From assembly GCA_913057155.1 (NCBI GenBank), contig CAJXNV010000002.1, positions 1-54,733 on the forward strand: a stretch of DNA of 54,733 nucleotides, written 5' to 3'. The notes beneath the pieces were generated by a model. It worked only from the letters and a program-made list of their open reading frames with translations, searched no databases and was not told the DNA's origin. Below are positions 40,599 through 52,614 of this stretch, piece after piece (position 1 is the first letter of the stretch; each line of letters begins with the position of its first letter). The translations under genes and the position numbers were made by a program. Source of the stretch: an uncultured Actinomycetes bacterium. Lineage in GTDB: Bacteria > Actinomycetota > Actinomycetes > S36-B12.

Positions 40599-40667
40599 TC
40601 AGGGCTGGTGCGTCGGTGCACCCGAACGGTTATTCGGTTCGCCACCGACGGTGCTTACAGGGCTCAC

Positions 40668-40698
40668 ATTCTAGTGACGAAGGTAACGGCCATGTGAA
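40668..40698 (-). promoter_or_regulatory. putative gap operon promoter
   Basis: The - strand reads TTCACA (40698-40693), 19 nt, then TAGAAT (40673-40668). This would give a roughly 85-90 nt leader containing imperfect GC-rich hairpins. Confidence 0.3.
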
Positions 40699-40707
40699 GT
40701 CGACGCG

Positions 40708-41691
40708 TCAATCGTCGGTCAACTCCGCATCCTCGAGAGCAGCCTCGGTATCGGCGATGCCCAATTCGCCGGCGCGCTTGTCGGCGAGGGCCAGCAATCG
40801 CCGGATACGGCCGGCGATGGCGTCCTTGGTCATCGGAGGGTCGGCGAGCGCGCCCAACTCCTCCAAGCTCGCTTGCTGGTTGTCCATCCGCAGCCGACCC
40901 GCCACCACCAGGTGTTCGGGGGCATCGTCTCCCAGGATCTCCAGGGCGCGCCCCACGCGGGCGCCGGCAGCCACCGCGGCCCGCGCCGAACGGCGCAAGT
41001 TGGCGTCGTCGAAGTTCGCGAGTCGGTTGGCCGTTGCGCGCACCTCGCGGCGCATCCGGCGCTCTTCCCAGGCCAAGACGGACTCGTGGGCACCCATCCG
41101 GGTTAGCAGCGCTCCGATGGCATCCCCGTCCCGGATGACGACCCGATCGACTCCGCGCACCTCGCGTGACTTGGCGGCGATCCCCAGGCGGCGGGCCGCG
41201 CCCACCAGTGCCAGGCCCGCTTCGGGCCCGGGTGCGGTCACCTCGAGCGAGGACGACCTGCCCGGTTCGGTGAGCGATCCATGCGCCAAGAACGCCCCGC
41301 GCCACGCCGCTTCGCAGTCGCACAGCCCGCCGGCCACGATCGCCGGGGGCAGGCCGCGCACCGGGCGCCCACCCGCATCGACGATGCCGGTCTGCTTGGC
41401 CAGTGCCTCGCCACCGGTGCTGACCCGTACCAGGTAGCGGGTGCCCTTCTTGATGCCCGAGCCCTGGACCATCGCGATCTCGCTGTCGTGGCCGTAGACG
41501 TCGAAGATGTCCTTGCGGAGCCGACGGGCGGTGGCGCCGGCGTCGACATCGGCCTCGATCACGATCGATCCGCCGACGATGTGCAGCGCACCCGCGAAAC
41601 GCAACAAGGTCGCGACCTCGGCCTTGCGGCAGCACGTCTTGGTGACCTCTACCCGGCTGAGTTCATCCTTCACCGCAGCCGTCATCGCCAT
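40708..41691 (-). CDS. whiA: DNA-binding protein WhiA
   Basis: Track ORF trimmed to the ATG at 41691 ([13 protein letters not shown]...). It has a LAGLIDADG-like middle region and a C-terminal HTH ([26 protein letters not shown]). Confidence 0.93.
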   Translation of the reverse strand: MAMTAAVKDELSRVEVTKTCCRKAEVATLLRFAGALHIVGGSIVIEADVDAGATARRLRKDIFDVYGHDSEIAMVQGSGIKKGTRYLVRVSTGGEALAKQTGIVDAGGRPVRGLPPAIVAGGLCDCEAAWRGAFLAHGSLTEPGRSSSLEVTAPGPEAGLALVGAARRLGIAAKSREVRGVDRVVIRDGDAIGALLTRMGAHESVLAWEERRMRREVRATANRLANFDDANLRRSARAAVAAGARVGRALEILGDDAPEHLVVAGRLRMDNQQASLEELGALADPPMTKDAIAGRIRRLLALADKRAGELGIADTEAALEDAELTDD

Positions 41692-41710
41692 AGTGCACGC
41701 GCCCTTCTCA

Positions 41711-42694
41711 TCAGGCCAGAACCGTATCGAAGACGCGGGAGAGCTTGTGCGGGTCATGGCGATCCCCGAACCCGGCCACATCCGCGAGGATCAATTCCGC
41801 GCCCCACTCCTTGCACGCATCCATCAACTCCGTGCGCGTACTAGCAGCGCCGACGTGACGCTGATCGGCCAGTACGAGATCGCACCGCAGTTCCGGCGCG
41901 TGCGCGCGAAGCGCCTCGATGTGCTCGGCGGGTGAGAAGTCACCCGTCTCGCCTTCTTGCGGATCGAGGTTCAAGACCACGATCCTGCGCCCCGGCGCCG
42001 AGGCCACCGCAGCCCCGAGTTCGGGAAGCACCAGATGCGGCATCACGGAGGTGAACCACGAACCCGGACCCAGGACGATGGCGTCCGCGGCTGCCACGGC
42101 TTGCAGCGCGGCGTCGCATGGACGGGCATCCGCGGGCTCCAACCAAACCCGCTCCACTCGGCCCGGTGTGGTGGCGATCTCGACTTGACCGGCCACATCC
42201 GTGATCGCATCCGGCTCGGCCGGATCATGACCGCGGATTCGCGCCCGGATACCCAGCGGCTCCAGGCTGCACGGCAGCACGCGCCCGACCGCCCCGACGA
42301 GCGAACCGAGTTCCGCCAGCCCCGCCACCGGATCGCCGGTGCGCTCCCACAGCGCGGCCATCAGGACGTTGCCGACCGCATGACCGCCGAGTTCACCGGT
42401 TCCCGGGAAACGGAATTGCAGCACCTCGGCCCAGTCGCGGGCGCTGGGTTCATCGGCGCACAGCGCCGCCACGGCCATGCGCAGGTCACCGGGCGGCAGG
42501 ATCCCGAATTCCCGACGCAGTCGACCACTGGAGCCGCCGTCGTCGGCTACCCCGACGATCGCGGTGAGGCGATCGGTGACGCGACGCAATGCCCGCAGAC
42601 TGACCGCGAGCCCGTGCCCACCACCCAAGGCGACGACGGACGGCGCAATCCGGGCGGATGGGGCGGTCGTGGCATCGCTGCCGACTCCCACCAC
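41711..42694 (-). CDS. yvcK: gluconeogenesis factor YvcK family protein (CofD-like, CuvA-like)
   Basis: [11 protein letters not shown]-terminal motif, [10 protein letters not shown], and GPGSWFTSV. It sits between rapZ and whiA, as is conserved in Gram-positives. Confidence 0.9.
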   Translation of the reverse strand: MVGVGSDATTAPSARIAPSVVALGGGHGLAVSLRALRRVTDRLTAIVGVADDGGSSGRLRREFGILPPGDLRMAVAALCADEPSARDWAEVLQFRFPGTGELGGHAVGNVLMAALWERTGDPVAGLAELGSLVGAVGRVLPCSLEPLGIRARIRGHDPAEPDAITDVAGQVEIATTPGRVERVWLEPADARPCDAALQAVAAADAIVLGPGSWFTSVMPHLVLPELGAAVASAPGRRIVVLNLDPQEGETGDFSPAEHIEALRAHAPELRCDLVLADQRHVGAASTRTELMDACKEWGAELILADVAGFGDRHDPHKLSRVFDTVLA

Positions 42695-42700
42695 TATTCG

Positions 42701-43570
42701 CTACTCCTTGCCTAGGTCCCGGTGCTCGATGCCGATGAGCACGTCGGGGGTTTCCAACATCGAAGCCAGCGCCTCGGTCAATGCCACGCTGCGGTGCTTG
42801 CCACCGGTGCAGCCGACAGCGACCGTGACGAAGCGTTTGCCCTCGCGCAGGTAGCCGTCTCGGGTCGTTCGCACGAGCGCGGCGAGGTGGTCGAGGAATT
42901 GCCGCGCCCCGTCACCGGCGAACACGGCATCGGACACCGCAGGATCCAAACCCGTGCGATCACGCAGCGCTTCGTCCCAGTACGGGTTCGGCAGGAAGCG
43001 GGCATCGGCCACCATGTCGGCATCGACCGGGATCCCGTGCTTGAAGCCGAAGGACATCACGGTGATCCGCAGTCGCTCATCGGGATGGGCGAACGCCGCA
43101 TCCATCTCGCGGCGCAGCTCGTGCACGTTCAGGTTCGTGGTGTCGATGACCAGGTCGGCCTGCGAACGCAGGTCACCGAGGACGAGTCGTTCCCGGCGGA
43201 GCCCATCGAGGATCCGCGCCCCTTCCTGCAGCGGGTGCGGACGACGCGATGACTCGAAGCGGCGAACCAGTGACTCCTCGGATGCCTCGAGGAACACCAC
43301 GCCCACTCGCACGCCGTCGGCTCGAAGACCCTCCATCGCCTCGGCCAACTGCGGGAAGAACGATCCTCCCCGGGCATCCACCACCACCGCGACCCGATCG
43401 ACATCGGGGTTCTGGGCGGCCACGTCGATGACGGAACCGAGCAGCATCGGGGGGATGTTGTCGATGACGAACCAGCCGGCGTCCTCCAGGGCCCGGGCGG
43501 CGGTCGAGCGGCCCGCGCCGGACATGCCGGTCACCAGGAGGACGTCGAAATCCGACTCCCGATCACCCAT
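42701..43570 (-). CDS. rapZ: RNase adapter protein RapZ
   Basis: Walker [18 protein letters not shown], and C-terminal CTGGKHRSV. Confidence 0.93.
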   Translation of the reverse strand: MGDRESDFDVLLVTGMSGAGRSTAARALEDAGWFVIDNIPPMLLGSVIDVAAQNPDVDRVAVVVDARGGSFFPQLAEAMEGLRADGVRVGVVFLEASEESLVRRFESSRRPHPLQEGARILDGLRRERLVLGDLRSQADLVIDTTNLNVHELRREMDAAFAHPDERLRITVMSFGFKHGIPVDADMVADARFLPNPYWDEALRDRTGLDPAVSDAVFAGDGARQFLDHLAALVRTTRDGYLREGKRFVTVAVGCTGGKHRSVALTEALASMLETPDVLIGIEHRDLGKE

Positions 43571-45524
43571 GGTCGACTCCCGCCTCGACGACCGGCCCTT
43601 GCTCCGGACCGCCCGAGGGGCCCGACGCTAGCGCCTCCACGATCGTGCCGGCCAGCGCGGGACCGATCCCGGGCACCGCCTGCAACTCCTGCTGCGAAGC
43701 CGCCTTGATCGCCTTCACCGAACCGAAGTGCTTCAACAGGGCCTTGGCCTTGACCTTCCCGAGCCCGGGAACCGAATCCAACGCACTGCCGCGGGAGCGG
43801 GCCGCCCGTCGCTTGCGATGGAAGGCGATCGCGGTTCGGTGCGCTTCGTCGCGGACGCGCTGCAGCAGGTACAACGCCTCGCTGGTGCGGGGCAAGATGA
43901 TCGGATCGGCGCAATCCGGAGCCCACACCTCCTCGAGTCGTTTCGCTAGTCCGACGACCGGGATGTCCCCCGCCCCGACCTCGGTCAGCGCGAGCCTGGC
44001 CGCCGCGACCTGGGGCGCGCCGCCGTCGATCACCAAGAGCCCCGGTGGGTAGGCGAATGTGGAACGTGCGGGTGCGATCTCCTCCTGGGTGTCCGGCTGT
44101 GTTGAAGGGGTGGCCTCCTGACGCGGGGCGAATCGCCGCTCGACCACTTCGCGCACCGATGCGAGGTCATCGGCACCGGGAGTGCGGATGGCGAATGTCC
44201 GGTAGTCGCTCTTGCGCGGCAAGCCGTCCTCGAACACCACGAGCGACGCGACGGTGTCGGTGCCCTGCAGCGTGGAGATATCGATGCACTCGATACGCAG
44301 CGGCGCTTCGGCGAGGTCGAGGTATTCCTGCAGTTCGGACAAGGCCTCGCTGCGCGCGGTCAGATCGTTTGATCTCTTGAGCCGATGCCGGGACAGGGCG
44401 TCGGCGGCGTTAGTGAGCGCGGTATCCATCAAGGCGCGCTTGTCACCCCGTTGGGGTACCCGCAACTCCACCGGGCCACCGCGACGGTCACTGAGCCATT
44501 GTTCGAGCGCCGAGGCGTCCGCCACCTCTCCTGATACCAACACCTCGCGGGCCGGTCGGGCGCTGTCGATCTCCACGCCGGTGCGATCCCGACCCGCGTA
44601 GACCTGCTGCACGATCCGCTCGAGGTAGCCCCCGAACGGTAGGTCCTCCGCCTTCTCGACGATCAAGCTGCGTTCCCCGGTGAGCCGACCGTCTCGCACA
44701 TGGAATATCTGCACACCGAGTTCGAGGGGATCGTCGTGGACAGCCAGCAGGTCGGCATCGGTACCGTCGGATAGGACGACGGCGTTACGTTCCATCGCCC
44801 GACGTAACGCACCGAGTCGGTCGCGCAACCGCGCCGCCTCCTCGTAGTCCTGTCGCTCGGCGGCGGCGCGCATGGATTCCTCGAGGGCCCGCACGAACGG
44901 GCGGGTATTGCCGCTGAGGAAACGGCACATGTCATCCACCCGCTCGCGGTAATCCTGCTCGTCGATGCGTCCCACGCAGGGTGCGGCGCATTTGTCGATG
45001 TAGCCCAGCAGGCACGGGCGGCCCATCTGCGCGGCCCTGCGGTAGACGCCGTCCCGACAGGTACGCACCCCGAATACCTTGGACAGTTCATCGAGAGTCT
45101 CGCGAATCGCCCAGGCATGGGCGTACGGTCCGAAGTACCGGGTTCCCTTGCGCTTCGGCTCGCGCACCACCGACGCCCGCGGGAACTTCTCCCCGACCGT
45201 CACCGCGAGGTAGGGGTAGGACTTGTCGTCGCGGTACTTGACGTTGAACCGCGGATCGAATTCCTTGATCCAGGTGAACTCCAGCGCGAGCGCCTCGACC
45301 TCGTTGGCGACCACGACCCAATCCACCGAAGCCGCCGCCTGCAGCATGGATTGCGTGCGCGGGTGGAGCGAGGCGAAGTCCGCGAAGTAGGAGTTCAGCC
45401 GGGACCTCAGGGAGCGGGCCTTGCCTACGTAGACGACGCGACCATGCTCGTCCCGGAACCGGTAGACGCCCGGTTCCGTCGGGATGGTTCCCGGCGCCGG
45501 ACGATACGTCGAAGGGTCGGCCAT
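43563..45524 (-). CDS. uvrC: excinuclease ABC subunit UvrC
   Basis: Track ORF trimmed to the ATG at 45524. GIY-YIG N-terminus ([18 protein letters not shown]), UVR domain (YEEAARLRD), and C-terminal (HhH)2 ([18 protein letters not shown]). Confidence 0.96.
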   Translation of the reverse strand: MADPSTYRPAPGTIPTEPGVYRFRDEHGRVVYVGKARSLRSRLNSYFADFASLHPRTQSMLQAAASVDWVVVANEVEALALEFTWIKEFDPRFNVKYRDDKSYPYLAVTVGEKFPRASVVREPKRKGTRYFGPYAHAWAIRETLDELSKVFGVRTCRDGVYRRAAQMGRPCLLGYIDKCAAPCVGRIDEQDYRERVDDMCRFLSGNTRPFVRALEESMRAAAERQDYEEAARLRDRLGALRRAMERNAVVLSDGTDADLLAVHDDPLELGVQIFHVRDGRLTGERSLIVEKAEDLPFGGYLERIVQQVYAGRDRTGVEIDSARPAREVLVSGEVADASALEQWLSDRRGGPVELRVPQRGDKRALMDTALTNAADALSRHRLKRSNDLTARSEALSELQEYLDLAEAPLRIECIDISTLQGTDTVASLVVFEDGLPRKSDYRTFAIRTPGADDLASVREVVERRFAPRQEATPSTQPDTQEEIAPARSTFAYPPGLLVIDGGAPQVAAARLALTEVGAGDIPVVGLAKRLEEVWAPDCADPIILPRTSEALYLLQRVRDEAHRTAIAFHRKRRAARSRGSALDSVPGLGKVKAKALLKHFGSVKAIKAASQQELQAVPGIGPALAGTIVEALASGPSGGPEQGPVVEAGVDHG

Positions 45525-45531
45525 GGGCGCC

Positions 45532-46026
45532 TCAGCCCAAGATGACCGAGTCCCCCTCGACCGCGATGTCGACGGGTGGCAGCCCTTGACGGGCCGGGCC
45601 CTGGATGACCGAGCCGTCCTGGGCGCTGAAGAGCGAACCATGGCAGGGGCACAGGATCTCGTTGGCCTCCACCGATGCCACCAGGCATCCCTGGTGCGGG
45701 CACACGGCGCTGAAGCACTTGATATCCCCGGCAGCAGGTTGCGTGACGACGACGGCCGGATCCGGGAACACGACGCCGCCCTCGACCGGCACCTCCGAGA
45801 CGGCTACCAGAGCATCGCCCTGATCCTGCTGGACCTCCTCCTCGGCGATGTCCTCGGCGACCTCGGCCTCCTCGGCGGTCTCGTCAGCGGTCTCCGCCTC
45901 GCTGGGAGACGGTGCTGCGGTCTCCTCGGTGGCCGAACCACCTCCACCGCATGCAACCAAGATCCCGCCTACGGCCACCAGGCCGCCGCCGGCGATGACT
46001 TCCCTACGACCCACTGTTCTCGACAT
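45532..46026 (-). CDS. exported Rieske [2Fe-2S] lipoprotein
   Basis: Track ORF trimmed to the ATG at 46026. It has a Tat-like GRREVI, an h-region plus lipobox LVAC, an ~40-aa acidic linker ([33 protein letters not shown]), and Rieske motifs CPHQGC and CPCHGS. Confidence 0.8.
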   Translation of the reverse strand: MSRTVGRREVIAGGGLVAVGGILVACGGGGSATEETAAPSPSEAETADETAEEAEVAEDIAEEEVQQDQGDALVAVSEVPVEGGVVFPDPAVVVTQPAAGDIKCFSAVCPHQGCLVASVEANEILCPCHGSLFSAQDGSVIQGPARQGLPPVDIAVEGDSVILG

Positions 46027-46032
46027 GCCGCC

Positions 46033-46038
46033 AGCGTA
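46033..46038 (-). promoter_or_regulatory. putative -10 element (TACGCT) of a leaderless transcript
   Basis: The - strand reads TACGCT, then GGCGGC (6 nt), then the ATG at 46026. It sits in the 19-nt gap after the uvrA stop. Confidence 0.3.
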
Positions 46039-46045
46039 CGTCAGG

Positions 46046-48949
46046 TCAGCGGCGTCGGCTCGCTCGGCGTTTCGTCGTGGCAGCGGACTTGCGAGCCGGC
46101 TTGTCGGCGGACCGCTCGAGCAACGGTGCCAGGAAACGGCCGGTGTGCGAGGCCTCGACCCGGGCGACTTCCTCCGGGGTTCCGGCGGCGACCACCGTGC
46201 CGCCTCCCGATCCACCCTCGGGTCCGAGGTCGATCAGGTAGTCGGCCGACTTCACGACATCGAGGTTGTGCTCGATCACGATGACCGTGTTGCCCTTGTC
46301 CACCAGCGATTGGAGTACCCCGAGCAACTTGCGGATGTCCTCGAAGTGCAGACCGGTGGTCGGCTCGTCCAGGACGTAGACGGTGCGGCCGGTGGAACGC
46401 TTCTGCAATTCGCTCGCGAGCTTCACGCGTTGCGCCTCCCCACCGGACAGAGTCGGCGCGGACTGCCCCATGCGCACGTAGCCCAGCCCGACGTCCACCA
46501 AGGTGGCCAGGTGCCTGGCTATCGCCGGTACCGCCTCGAAGAAGTCCCAGGCCTCCTCGATCGGCATATCGAGGACCTCGGCGATCGTCTTGCCCTTGTA
46601 GTGCACCTCGAGGGTTTCCCGGTTGTACCGGGCTCCGTGACATACCTCGCAGGGAACGTAGACATCCGGCAGGAAGTTCATCTCGATCTTGATGGTGCCG
46701 TCGCCGCTGCAGGCCTCGCACCGGCCACCCTTGACGTTGAAGCTGAAGCGCCCCGGCTGGTAACCGCGAACCTTCGCCTCCGGAGTGGCGGCGAACAGCT
46801 TGCGGATGTGGTCGAAGACCCCGGTGTAGGTGGCCGGGTTGCTGCGCGGCGTGCGCCCGATGGGGCTCTGGTCGACGTGCACCACCTTGTCGATGTCCTC
46901 GGTCCCGGTCACCTTCGTGTGCTTGCCCGGCACCACTCGGGCACCGTTGAGGTCGCGCGCCAAGACCGCGTAGAGGATGTCGTTGACCAAGGTGGACTTG
47001 CCGGATCCACTGACCCCGGTCACGCACACGAGGTTGCCCAACGGGAACTTCGCCGTGACACCTTGCAGGTTGTGCTCCCGCGCACCGGTGACCGTCACCC
47101 AACCGCGCTCCTGGCCTCGCCGCTGCGGGGGTACCTCGATCTGCTTCGCACCCGACAGGTACTGGCCGGTCATCGATTCGGGGTTGTCCAGCAACTCCTC
47201 GACCGGCCCGTTCACCACGATCTGACCGCCGTGCTCACCGGCACCGGGACCGATATCCACGACCCAGTCCGCCGTGCGGATGGTGTCCTCGTCGTGTTCC
47301 ACGACGATCAGGGTGTTGCCGAGGTCGCGAAGCCGGACCAAGGTGTCGATGAGTCGGTGGTTGTCGCGCTGGTGCAGCCCGATACTCGGCTCGTCGAGCA
47401 CGTACAGCACGCCGACGAGACCCGATCCGATCTGGGTCGCCAGCCGGATCCGTTGCGCTTCGCCACCGGCGAGCGTGCCGGCCGCGCGATCCAAGGACAG
47501 GTAGTGCAATCCGACATCGACCAGGAACTGAAGTCGCTCGTTCACTTCCTTCAGCACCCGCGCGGCGATCGCGGCATCTCGTTCGGACAACGTCAACTCG
47601 CGTAGTACCTCCGCAGCCTCACCGATCGGTAGGGCTGCTACATCGGCGATCGAGCGTCCGGAGATCGTCACCGCGAGGGATAGGGGCTTGAGCCTGGTGC
47701 CGGCGCAGGCCGCGCAGGGCACCTCGCGCATGTAGCCCTCGAAGCGTTCGCGTGAGGCATCGGTCTCGGCCTCTGCGTGCCGCCGCTTGACGTACGGGAT
47801 CACGCCCTCGTACTCGGTGTAGTAGGAGCGCCTGCGCCCGTAGCGGTTGCGGTACTGCACGTGGATGGGCTCGGCGTAGCCGTTCATGATGACCTTGCGG
47901 GCCTTCGCCGGGATCTTCTTCCACGGGGTTTCGACATCGATCTCGAGTTCCTCGGCGATCGCTTCGAGGAGCCGGTGGAAGTAACCGGACACCGTTCCCC
48001 GCGACCAGGGCGCGATAGCCCCTTCGGCCAAGGCGAGATCGGGGTCGGGAACCACGAGGTCGACGTCGACCTCCCGGGTGGTGCCCAAGCCCGAGCATTC
48101 CGGACAGGCGCCGAACGGGGAGTTGAAGGAGAACGAGCGCGGCTCGAGTTCCTCGAACGACAACCCGTCCCGCGGACAGGCCAGGTGTTCGGAGTAGACC
48201 TTCTCCCGACCCGGATCGGACTCATCGAGGTCCACGAAGTCCAACGAGACGTAACCGTGACCGAGCCCGAGCGCCGTTTCGATGCTGTCGGTCAATCGAC
48301 GCCGAGATTCGGGGTTCACCGTGAGCCGATCGACGACCACCTCGACGGTGTGCTTCTCCTGCTTCTTCAAGCGGGGGACGTCGTCGAGTCCGTAGACCAC
48401 GCCGTCCACGCGCACCCGGGAGTACCCCTGGGTCTGCAGTTGACGGAACAACTCCCCGTACTCGCCCTTGCGCTCCCGCACCAACGGTGCGAGCACCTGG
48501 AACTTGGTCTTCGCCGGCAACTCGAGGACCTGGTCGACGATCTGCTGCGGGGTCTGGCGGCTGATCGGATCCCCGCACACCGGGCAGTGCGGCTTGCCGA
48601 TGCGGGCGTACAGCAACCGTAGATAGTCGTATACCTCGGTGATGGTGCCTACGGTCGAGCGCGGGTTGCGCGAGGTGGACTTCTGATCGATGGACACCGC
48701 CGGCGAGAGACCTTCGATGAAATCGACGTCGGGCTTGTCCATCTGACCGAGGAACTGGCGGGCATACGCCGACAGGCTCTCCACGTACCGACGCTGCCCC
48801 TCGGCGAAGATGGTGTCGAAGGCCAGTGAGGACTTGCCGGATCCGGATAGCCCGGTGAACACGACCAGCGCATCGCGCGGGATGTCCAAGGAGACGTCCT
48901 TGAGATTGTGCTCGCGCGCCCCTCGGACGACCAACTGATCGCCGACCAC
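46046..48949 (-). CDS. uvrA: excinuclease ABC subunit UvrA
   Basis: 967 aa. Two ABC modules ([18 protein letters not shown]; LSGGEAQR twice) and zinc-finger cysteines ([19 protein letters not shown]...CEVCHG). GTG start with GAAGGGG upstream. Confidence 0.98.
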   Translation of the reverse strand: MVGDQLVVRGAREHNLKDVSLDIPRDALVVFTGLSGSGKSSLAFDTIFAEGQRRYVESLSAYARQFLGQMDKPDVDFIEGLSPAVSIDQKSTSRNPRSTVGTITEVYDYLRLLYARIGKPHCPVCGDPISRQTPQQIVDQVLELPAKTKFQVLAPLVRERKGEYGELFRQLQTQGYSRVRVDGVVYGLDDVPRLKKQEKHTVEVVVDRLTVNPESRRRLTDSIETALGLGHGYVSLDFVDLDESDPGREKVYSEHLACPRDGLSFEELEPRSFSFNSPFGACPECSGLGTTREVDVDLVVPDPDLALAEGAIAPWSRGTVSGYFHRLLEAIAEELEIDVETPWKKIPAKARKVIMNGYAEPIHVQYRNRYGRRRSYYTEYEGVIPYVKRRHAEAETDASRERFEGYMREVPCAACAGTRLKPLSLAVTISGRSIADVAALPIGEAAEVLRELTLSERDAAIAARVLKEVNERLQFLVDVGLHYLSLDRAAGTLAGGEAQRIRLATQIGSGLVGVLYVLDEPSIGLHQRDNHRLIDTLVRLRDLGNTLIVVEHDEDTIRTADWVVDIGPGAGEHGGQIVVNGPVEELLDNPESMTGQYLSGAKQIEVPPQRRGQERGWVTVTGAREHNLQGVTAKFPLGNLVCVTGVSGSGKSTLVNDILYAVLARDLNGARVVPGKHTKVTGTEDIDKVVHVDQSPIGRTPRSNPATYTGVFDHIRKLFAATPEAKVRGYQPGRFSFNVKGGRCEACSGDGTIKIEMNFLPDVYVPCEVCHGARYNRETLEVHYKGKTIAEVLDMPIEEAWDFFEAVPAIARHLATLVDVGLGYVRMGQSAPTLSGGEAQRVKLASELQKRSTGRTVYVLDEPTTGLHFEDIRKLLGVLQSLVDKGNTVIVIEHNLDVVKSADYLIDLGPEGGSGGGTVVAAGTPEEVARVEASHTGRFLAPLLERSADKPARKSAATTKRRASRRR

Positions 48950-48996
48950 CGCAGCCCCTTCCCAGACGCCTGATCACGCGCGCGCCGTTTCGTCGC

Positions 48997-49002
48997 TATC
49001 GT
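48997..49002 (+). promoter_or_regulatory. putative -10 element (TATCGT) of a leaderless transcript
   Basis: TATCGT, then GCCCGT (6 nt), then the GTG at 49009. Confidence 0.3.
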
Positions 49003-49008
49003 GCCCGT

Positions 49009-49659
49009 GTGTATACCGGGAACGTCAGCGTAGGCGGTGCGGCGGACGTGCGCGAACTGCCGGACGTGATCATCAGCAAGCTGGCCGTGGGCGATATGGA
49101 CAACAACGCCTACCTGCTGCGGTGTACCCGCACGGGCGCGCAGGTACTGATCGACGCCGCCGCCGAGCCCGAGCGCCTACTCGAACTCATCGGCCCCGAT
49201 GGCCTCAGCGCCATCATCACTACGCATCGCCATCCCGACCACTGGGGAGCCCTCGAGTCGGTCGCGCAGGCCACCGGTGCACCCGTCTACGCCCATGCCG
49301 ATGACGCCGATGGCATCGACGTCCCCATCGCGCACCGGGTTCGTGAAGGCGACGTGATCCCCGTTGGCGACTTCGCGCTCGGCACCATCCACCTGGTCGG
49401 CCACACCCCCGGCTCGCTAGTACTGGTCTACGACGATCCCACCGGGCACCACCACATCTTCACCGGCGATTGCCTGTTCCCCGGGGGTGTCGGGCGCACC
49501 TGGTCACCCGAGGATTTCGACTCCCTGTACGAGGGTGTGGTCTCCAAGATCTTCGATCGCTACGACGACGAGACCTGGATCTACCCCGGCCATGGCGCCG
49601 ACACCATCCTCGGCGAAGAGCGCCCGCACCTCGCGCAATGGCGCGAACGCGGATGGTGA
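49009..49659 (+). CDS. MBL fold metallo-hydrolase (glyoxalase II-like)
   Basis: THRHPDHWG (H-x-H-x-DH), a later HTPGS, and a C-terminal PGHG. Confidence 0.85.
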   Translation: MYTGNVSVGGAADVRELPDVIISKLAVGDMDNNAYLLRCTRTGAQVLIDAAAEPERLLELIGPDGLSAIITTHRHPDHWGALESVAQATGAPVYAHADDADGIDVPIAHRVREGDVIPVGDFALGTIHLVGHTPGSLVLVYDDPTGHHHIFTGDCLFPGGVGRTWSPEDFDSLYEGVVSKIFDRYDDETWIYPGHGADTILGEERPHLAQWRERGW

Positions 49660-49666
49660 GGCACTC

Positions 49667-50554
49667 GTGAGCATCGGTGAAGCAACCACCGAGGCGGAAC
49701 AAAGCCGCGCCGATCGGATCTGGAAGCACCTGACCGATCAGAATCCCGACCCGGACAACGCACGGCAGGTGAAGGCCGCCGAACGACTCCATGGTTACGA
49801 GAGCCGTACGGCGCTGACCATGGTGATCCTCGCCTTGGGCTATCTCGTGGCCTACTCGTTCTACGTCCTCGATCTGGACCTGACGTCTGGCGATCGGGCG
49901 AATCTCAACACCGTCATGAACGTCATCTGGGGCATCTTCATCGCGGACCTGACCATCCGCACCGTGTTGGCTCCGCGCCACATCGCCTACCTCGTGCACC
50001 ATCCCATCGACGTCCTGGCGGTCGCTGTCCCGGCGTTCCGCGTGCTGCGGGTGCTCCGCGTGCTCACAGCCGGACAATGGCTCATCAGCCGTGGCAGTCG
50101 ACTGCGTATCGGCCGCACCGCCACCGCCGTCGTGCTGGCCGTCATCTTCCTGACCTACCTCAGCGCCCTGGCGGTGTTGAACGCCGAACGCGGAGCCAAG
50201 GGCGCCACCATCGAGACCTTCGGCGATGGCATCTGGTGGTCGCTGGTCACGATGTCGACTGTCGGCTACGGCGACTACACACCCGTCACCACCAACGGCC
50301 GGATCATCGCCATCGGCGTCATGGTGGTGGGGATCTCGCTTCTCGGCCTGGTCGGTGCCTCCGTCGCATCCGCTGTGGTGAGCAGGTTGAGCGGCAAGCA
50401 GCAGCAGGGCCAAGACGAGGTCCGCAGTGAGATGAAGCAGTTGGTGGCCGAAGTGGCGTCCTTGCGGGAGGAATTGGCGGAAGCCGGTGTGATCAAGCCG
50501 CGAACGCCGAGCAGCGCGGCCGCCCCTTCGGATGCCCCGAAGGCCTCGCCCTAG
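49667..50554 (+). CDS. potassium channel family protein (TVGYGD pore, S4-like RVLRVLRVL segment)
   Basis: Track ORF 49487..50554 trimmed to the GTG at 49667 (GGTGAGG SD upstream). Selectivity filter [12 protein letters not shown]. Several TM helices precede the pore. The C-terminal tail [24 protein letters not shown] looks coiled-coil. Confidence 0.85.
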   Translation: MSIGEATTEAEQSRADRIWKHLTDQNPDPDNARQVKAAERLHGYESRTALTMVILALGYLVAYSFYVLDLDLTSGDRANLNTVMNVIWGIFIADLTIRTVLAPRHIAYLVHHPIDVLAVAVPAFRVLRVLRVLTAGQWLISRGSRLRIGRTATAVVLAVIFLTYLSALAVLNAERGAKGATIETFGDGIWWSLVTMSTVGYGDYTPVTTNGRIIAIGVMVVGISLLGLVGASVASAVVSRLSGKQQQGQDEVRSEMKQLVAEVASLREELAEAGVIKPRTPSSAAAPSDAPKASP

Positions 50555-52614
50555 CCGGTCGCCTCTCGCATACCCCGCAACTCGGACTTGAGTTCGGACA
50601 CTTCGTCGCGCAGGCGTGCAGCGAGCTCGAACTGCAGGTCGGTAGCGGCTTGATGCATCTGCGCGGTCAGTTGCTCGATCAGCGAGACGAGTTCGCCTTC
50701 GGCCATGGAGGCACTGCGGCGCGCCGGCATCGGGGTATCGGGTGCGCTCGAACCGATGAGTTCGACCGTGTCCGCTTCCTCGCGTACGAGCAGATCGGTG
50801 ATGTCGGCGATGCGTTTGCGAAGTGGCTGCGGATCGATGCCGCGCTCGGTGTTGTACGCGATCTGCTTGGCTCGACGTCGATTCGTCTCATCGATCGCCT
50901 GACGCATCGACGGGGTGATGGTGTCCGCGTACATGTGCACCTGACCGGACACGTTCCGTGCCGCGCGGCCGATGGTTTGGATCAAGGAAGTCTCCGAGCG
51001 CAGGAAGCCCTCCTTGTCCGCGTCCAAGATGGCGACCAGGGAGACCTCCGGAAGGTCGAGCCCCTCGCGCAGCAGGTTGATGCCTACCAGGACGTCGAAC
51101 ACCCCGGCGCGTAGTTCTCGCAGCAGTTCCACGCGGCGCAGGGTGTCGACTTCCGAGTGCAGGTACGCGACCTTGTTGCCGTGCTCGGCGAGGTAGTCCG
51201 TCAGGTCCTCGGCCATGCGCTTGGTGAGTGTCGTGACCAAGGAACGTTCCCCACGTTCGGCGCGGGTGCGCACCTCGTGCATCAGGTCATCGATCTGCCC
51301 CTCCGTGGGTTTCACGACGATCTCCGGATCCACCAATCCGGTAGGACGGATCACCTGCTCGACCACATCCCCTTCCACCTTGCCGAGTTCGTAGGGTCCG
51401 GGGGTGGCGCTGAGGTAGATGGTCTGTCCGATGCGTTCGACGAACTCCGACCACGTCAAGGGCCGGTTGTCCATGGCCGACGGTAAGCGGAAACCGTGCT
51501 CGACCAGCGTCCGCTTGCGGGACATATCCCCCTCGTACATCGCACCGATCTGCGGCACCGTCACGTGGGATTCATCGATGACCAGGACGAAGTCCTCGGG
51601 GAAGTAATCCAGCAGGCAGTTGGGTGCCGATCCGGCCGGACGACCGTCGATATGACGCGAGTAGTTCTCGATACCCGAGCAGGTACCGACCTGCCGCATC
51701 ATCTCGATGTCGTAGCTGGTGCGCATGCGCAGACGTTGGGCCTCCAACTGCTTGCCCTGTTGCTCGAACTCGGCGAGACGTTCGTGCAGCTCGGTCTCGA
51801 TGCCGGCGATCGCCTGCTCCATCCGCTCCGGTCCGGCGACGTAGTGCGAGGCGGGGAATACGTAGATCTCCTCGTCCTCGGTGATGATCTCGCCGGTGAC
51901 GGGGTGCAGCGTCATCAATCTTTCGATCTCGTCACCGAACATCTCGATGCGAACCGGGTACTCCTCGTAGACCGGGAACACTTCGACCGTATCGCCGCGA
52001 ACCCGGAACGTGCCGCGCTCGAAGGAGACGTCGTTGCGCGTGTACTGCACGTCCACGAAACGTCGTAGCAACGCATCACGCTCGAACTCCTCCCCCACCC
52101 GCAGCCGCACCATCCGGTCCACGTACTCCTGCGGGGTTCCCAATCCGTAGATCGCCGAGACGGACGCCACGACCAGCACATCGCGCCGCGTCAATAGCGA
52201 GTTCGTCGCCGAGTGCCGCAGCCGCTCCACCTCCTCGTTGATCGAGGAGTCCTTCTCGATGTAGGTGTCGGTCTGCGGGACGTACGCCTCGGGTTGGTAG
52301 TAGTCGTAATAGGAGACGAAGTACTCGACCGCATTGTTGGGTAGCAACTCGCGGAACTCCGTGGCCAATTGCGCCGCCAACGTCTTGTTCGGCGCCATCA
52401 CCAAAGTGGGGCGCTGCAGCCGTTCCACCAGCCAAGCGGTCGTGGCCGACTTCCCGGTGCCGGTCGCACCCAGGAGAACCACGTTGCCCTCCCCGGCGGT
52501 GATCCGTTTCGCGATCTCCTCGATCGCCTCGGGCTGATCGCCGGCCGGTTGGTACTCGGAGACGACTTCGAAAGGCGCGACCGTGCGCTGCAGATCGGTG
52601 ATCGGCCTGGTCAT
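50551..52614 (-). CDS. uvrB: excinuclease ABC subunit UvrB
   Basis: Track ORF trimmed to the ATG at 52614 (ATGA overlap with the coaE stop). GATGTGKS Walker A, DESH box, and C-terminal UVR domain ([10 protein letters not shown]). Confidence 0.97.
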   Translation of the reverse strand: MTRPITDLQRTVAPFEVVSEYQPAGDQPEAIEEIAKRITAGEGNVVLLGATGTGKSATTAWLVERLQRPTLVMAPNKTLAAQLATEFRELLPNNAVEYFVSYYDYYQPEAYVPQTDTYIEKDSSINEEVERLRHSATNSLLTRRDVLVVASVSAIYGLGTPQEYVDRMVRLRVGEEFERDALLRRFVDVQYTRNDVSFERGTFRVRGDTVEVFPVYEEYPVRIEMFGDEIERLMTLHPVTGEIITEDEEIYVFPASHYVAGPERMEQAIAGIETELHERLAEFEQQGKQLEAQRLRMRTSYDIEMMRQVGTCSGIENYSRHIDGRPAGSAPNCLLDYFPEDFVLVIDESHVTVPQIGAMYEGDMSRKRTLVEHGFRLPSAMDNRPLTWSEFVERIGQTIYLSATPGPYELGKVEGDVVEQVIRPTGLVDPEIVVKPTEGQIDDLMHEVRTRAERGERSLVTTLTKRMAEDLTDYLAEHGNKVAYLHSEVDTLRRVELLRELRAGVFDVLVGINLLREGLDLPEVSLVAILDADKEGFLRSETSLIQTIGRAARNVSGQVHMYADTITPSMRQAIDETNRRRAKQIAYNTERGIDPQPLRKRIADITDLLVREEADTVELIGSSAPDTPMPARRSASMAEGELVSLIEQLTAQMHQAATDLQFELAARLRDEVSELKSELRGMREATG

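Noticed and set aside
40624-40642. CGAAC-N9-GTTCG inverted repeat upstream of gap, considered as a possible LexA-like box
   Set aside because: The 9-nt spacer does not fit the N4 spacing of actinobacterial SOS boxes. It is more simply part of leader or terminator secondary structure.
45848-47605. 585-aa + strand ORF antisense to uvrA
   Set aside because: It is the same GC-rich antisense artefact. uvrA on the other strand has every expected motif, and the + frame has none.
48950-49008. Looked for LexA SOS boxes (TCGAAC-N4-GTTCGA type) upstream of uvrA, and by eye near the uvrB/coaE and uvrC starts
   Set aside because: I saw no match in these short upstream regions. The scan was by eye only, so a degenerate site or a RecA-independent promoter motif cannot be excluded. 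A PWM scan would be decisive.
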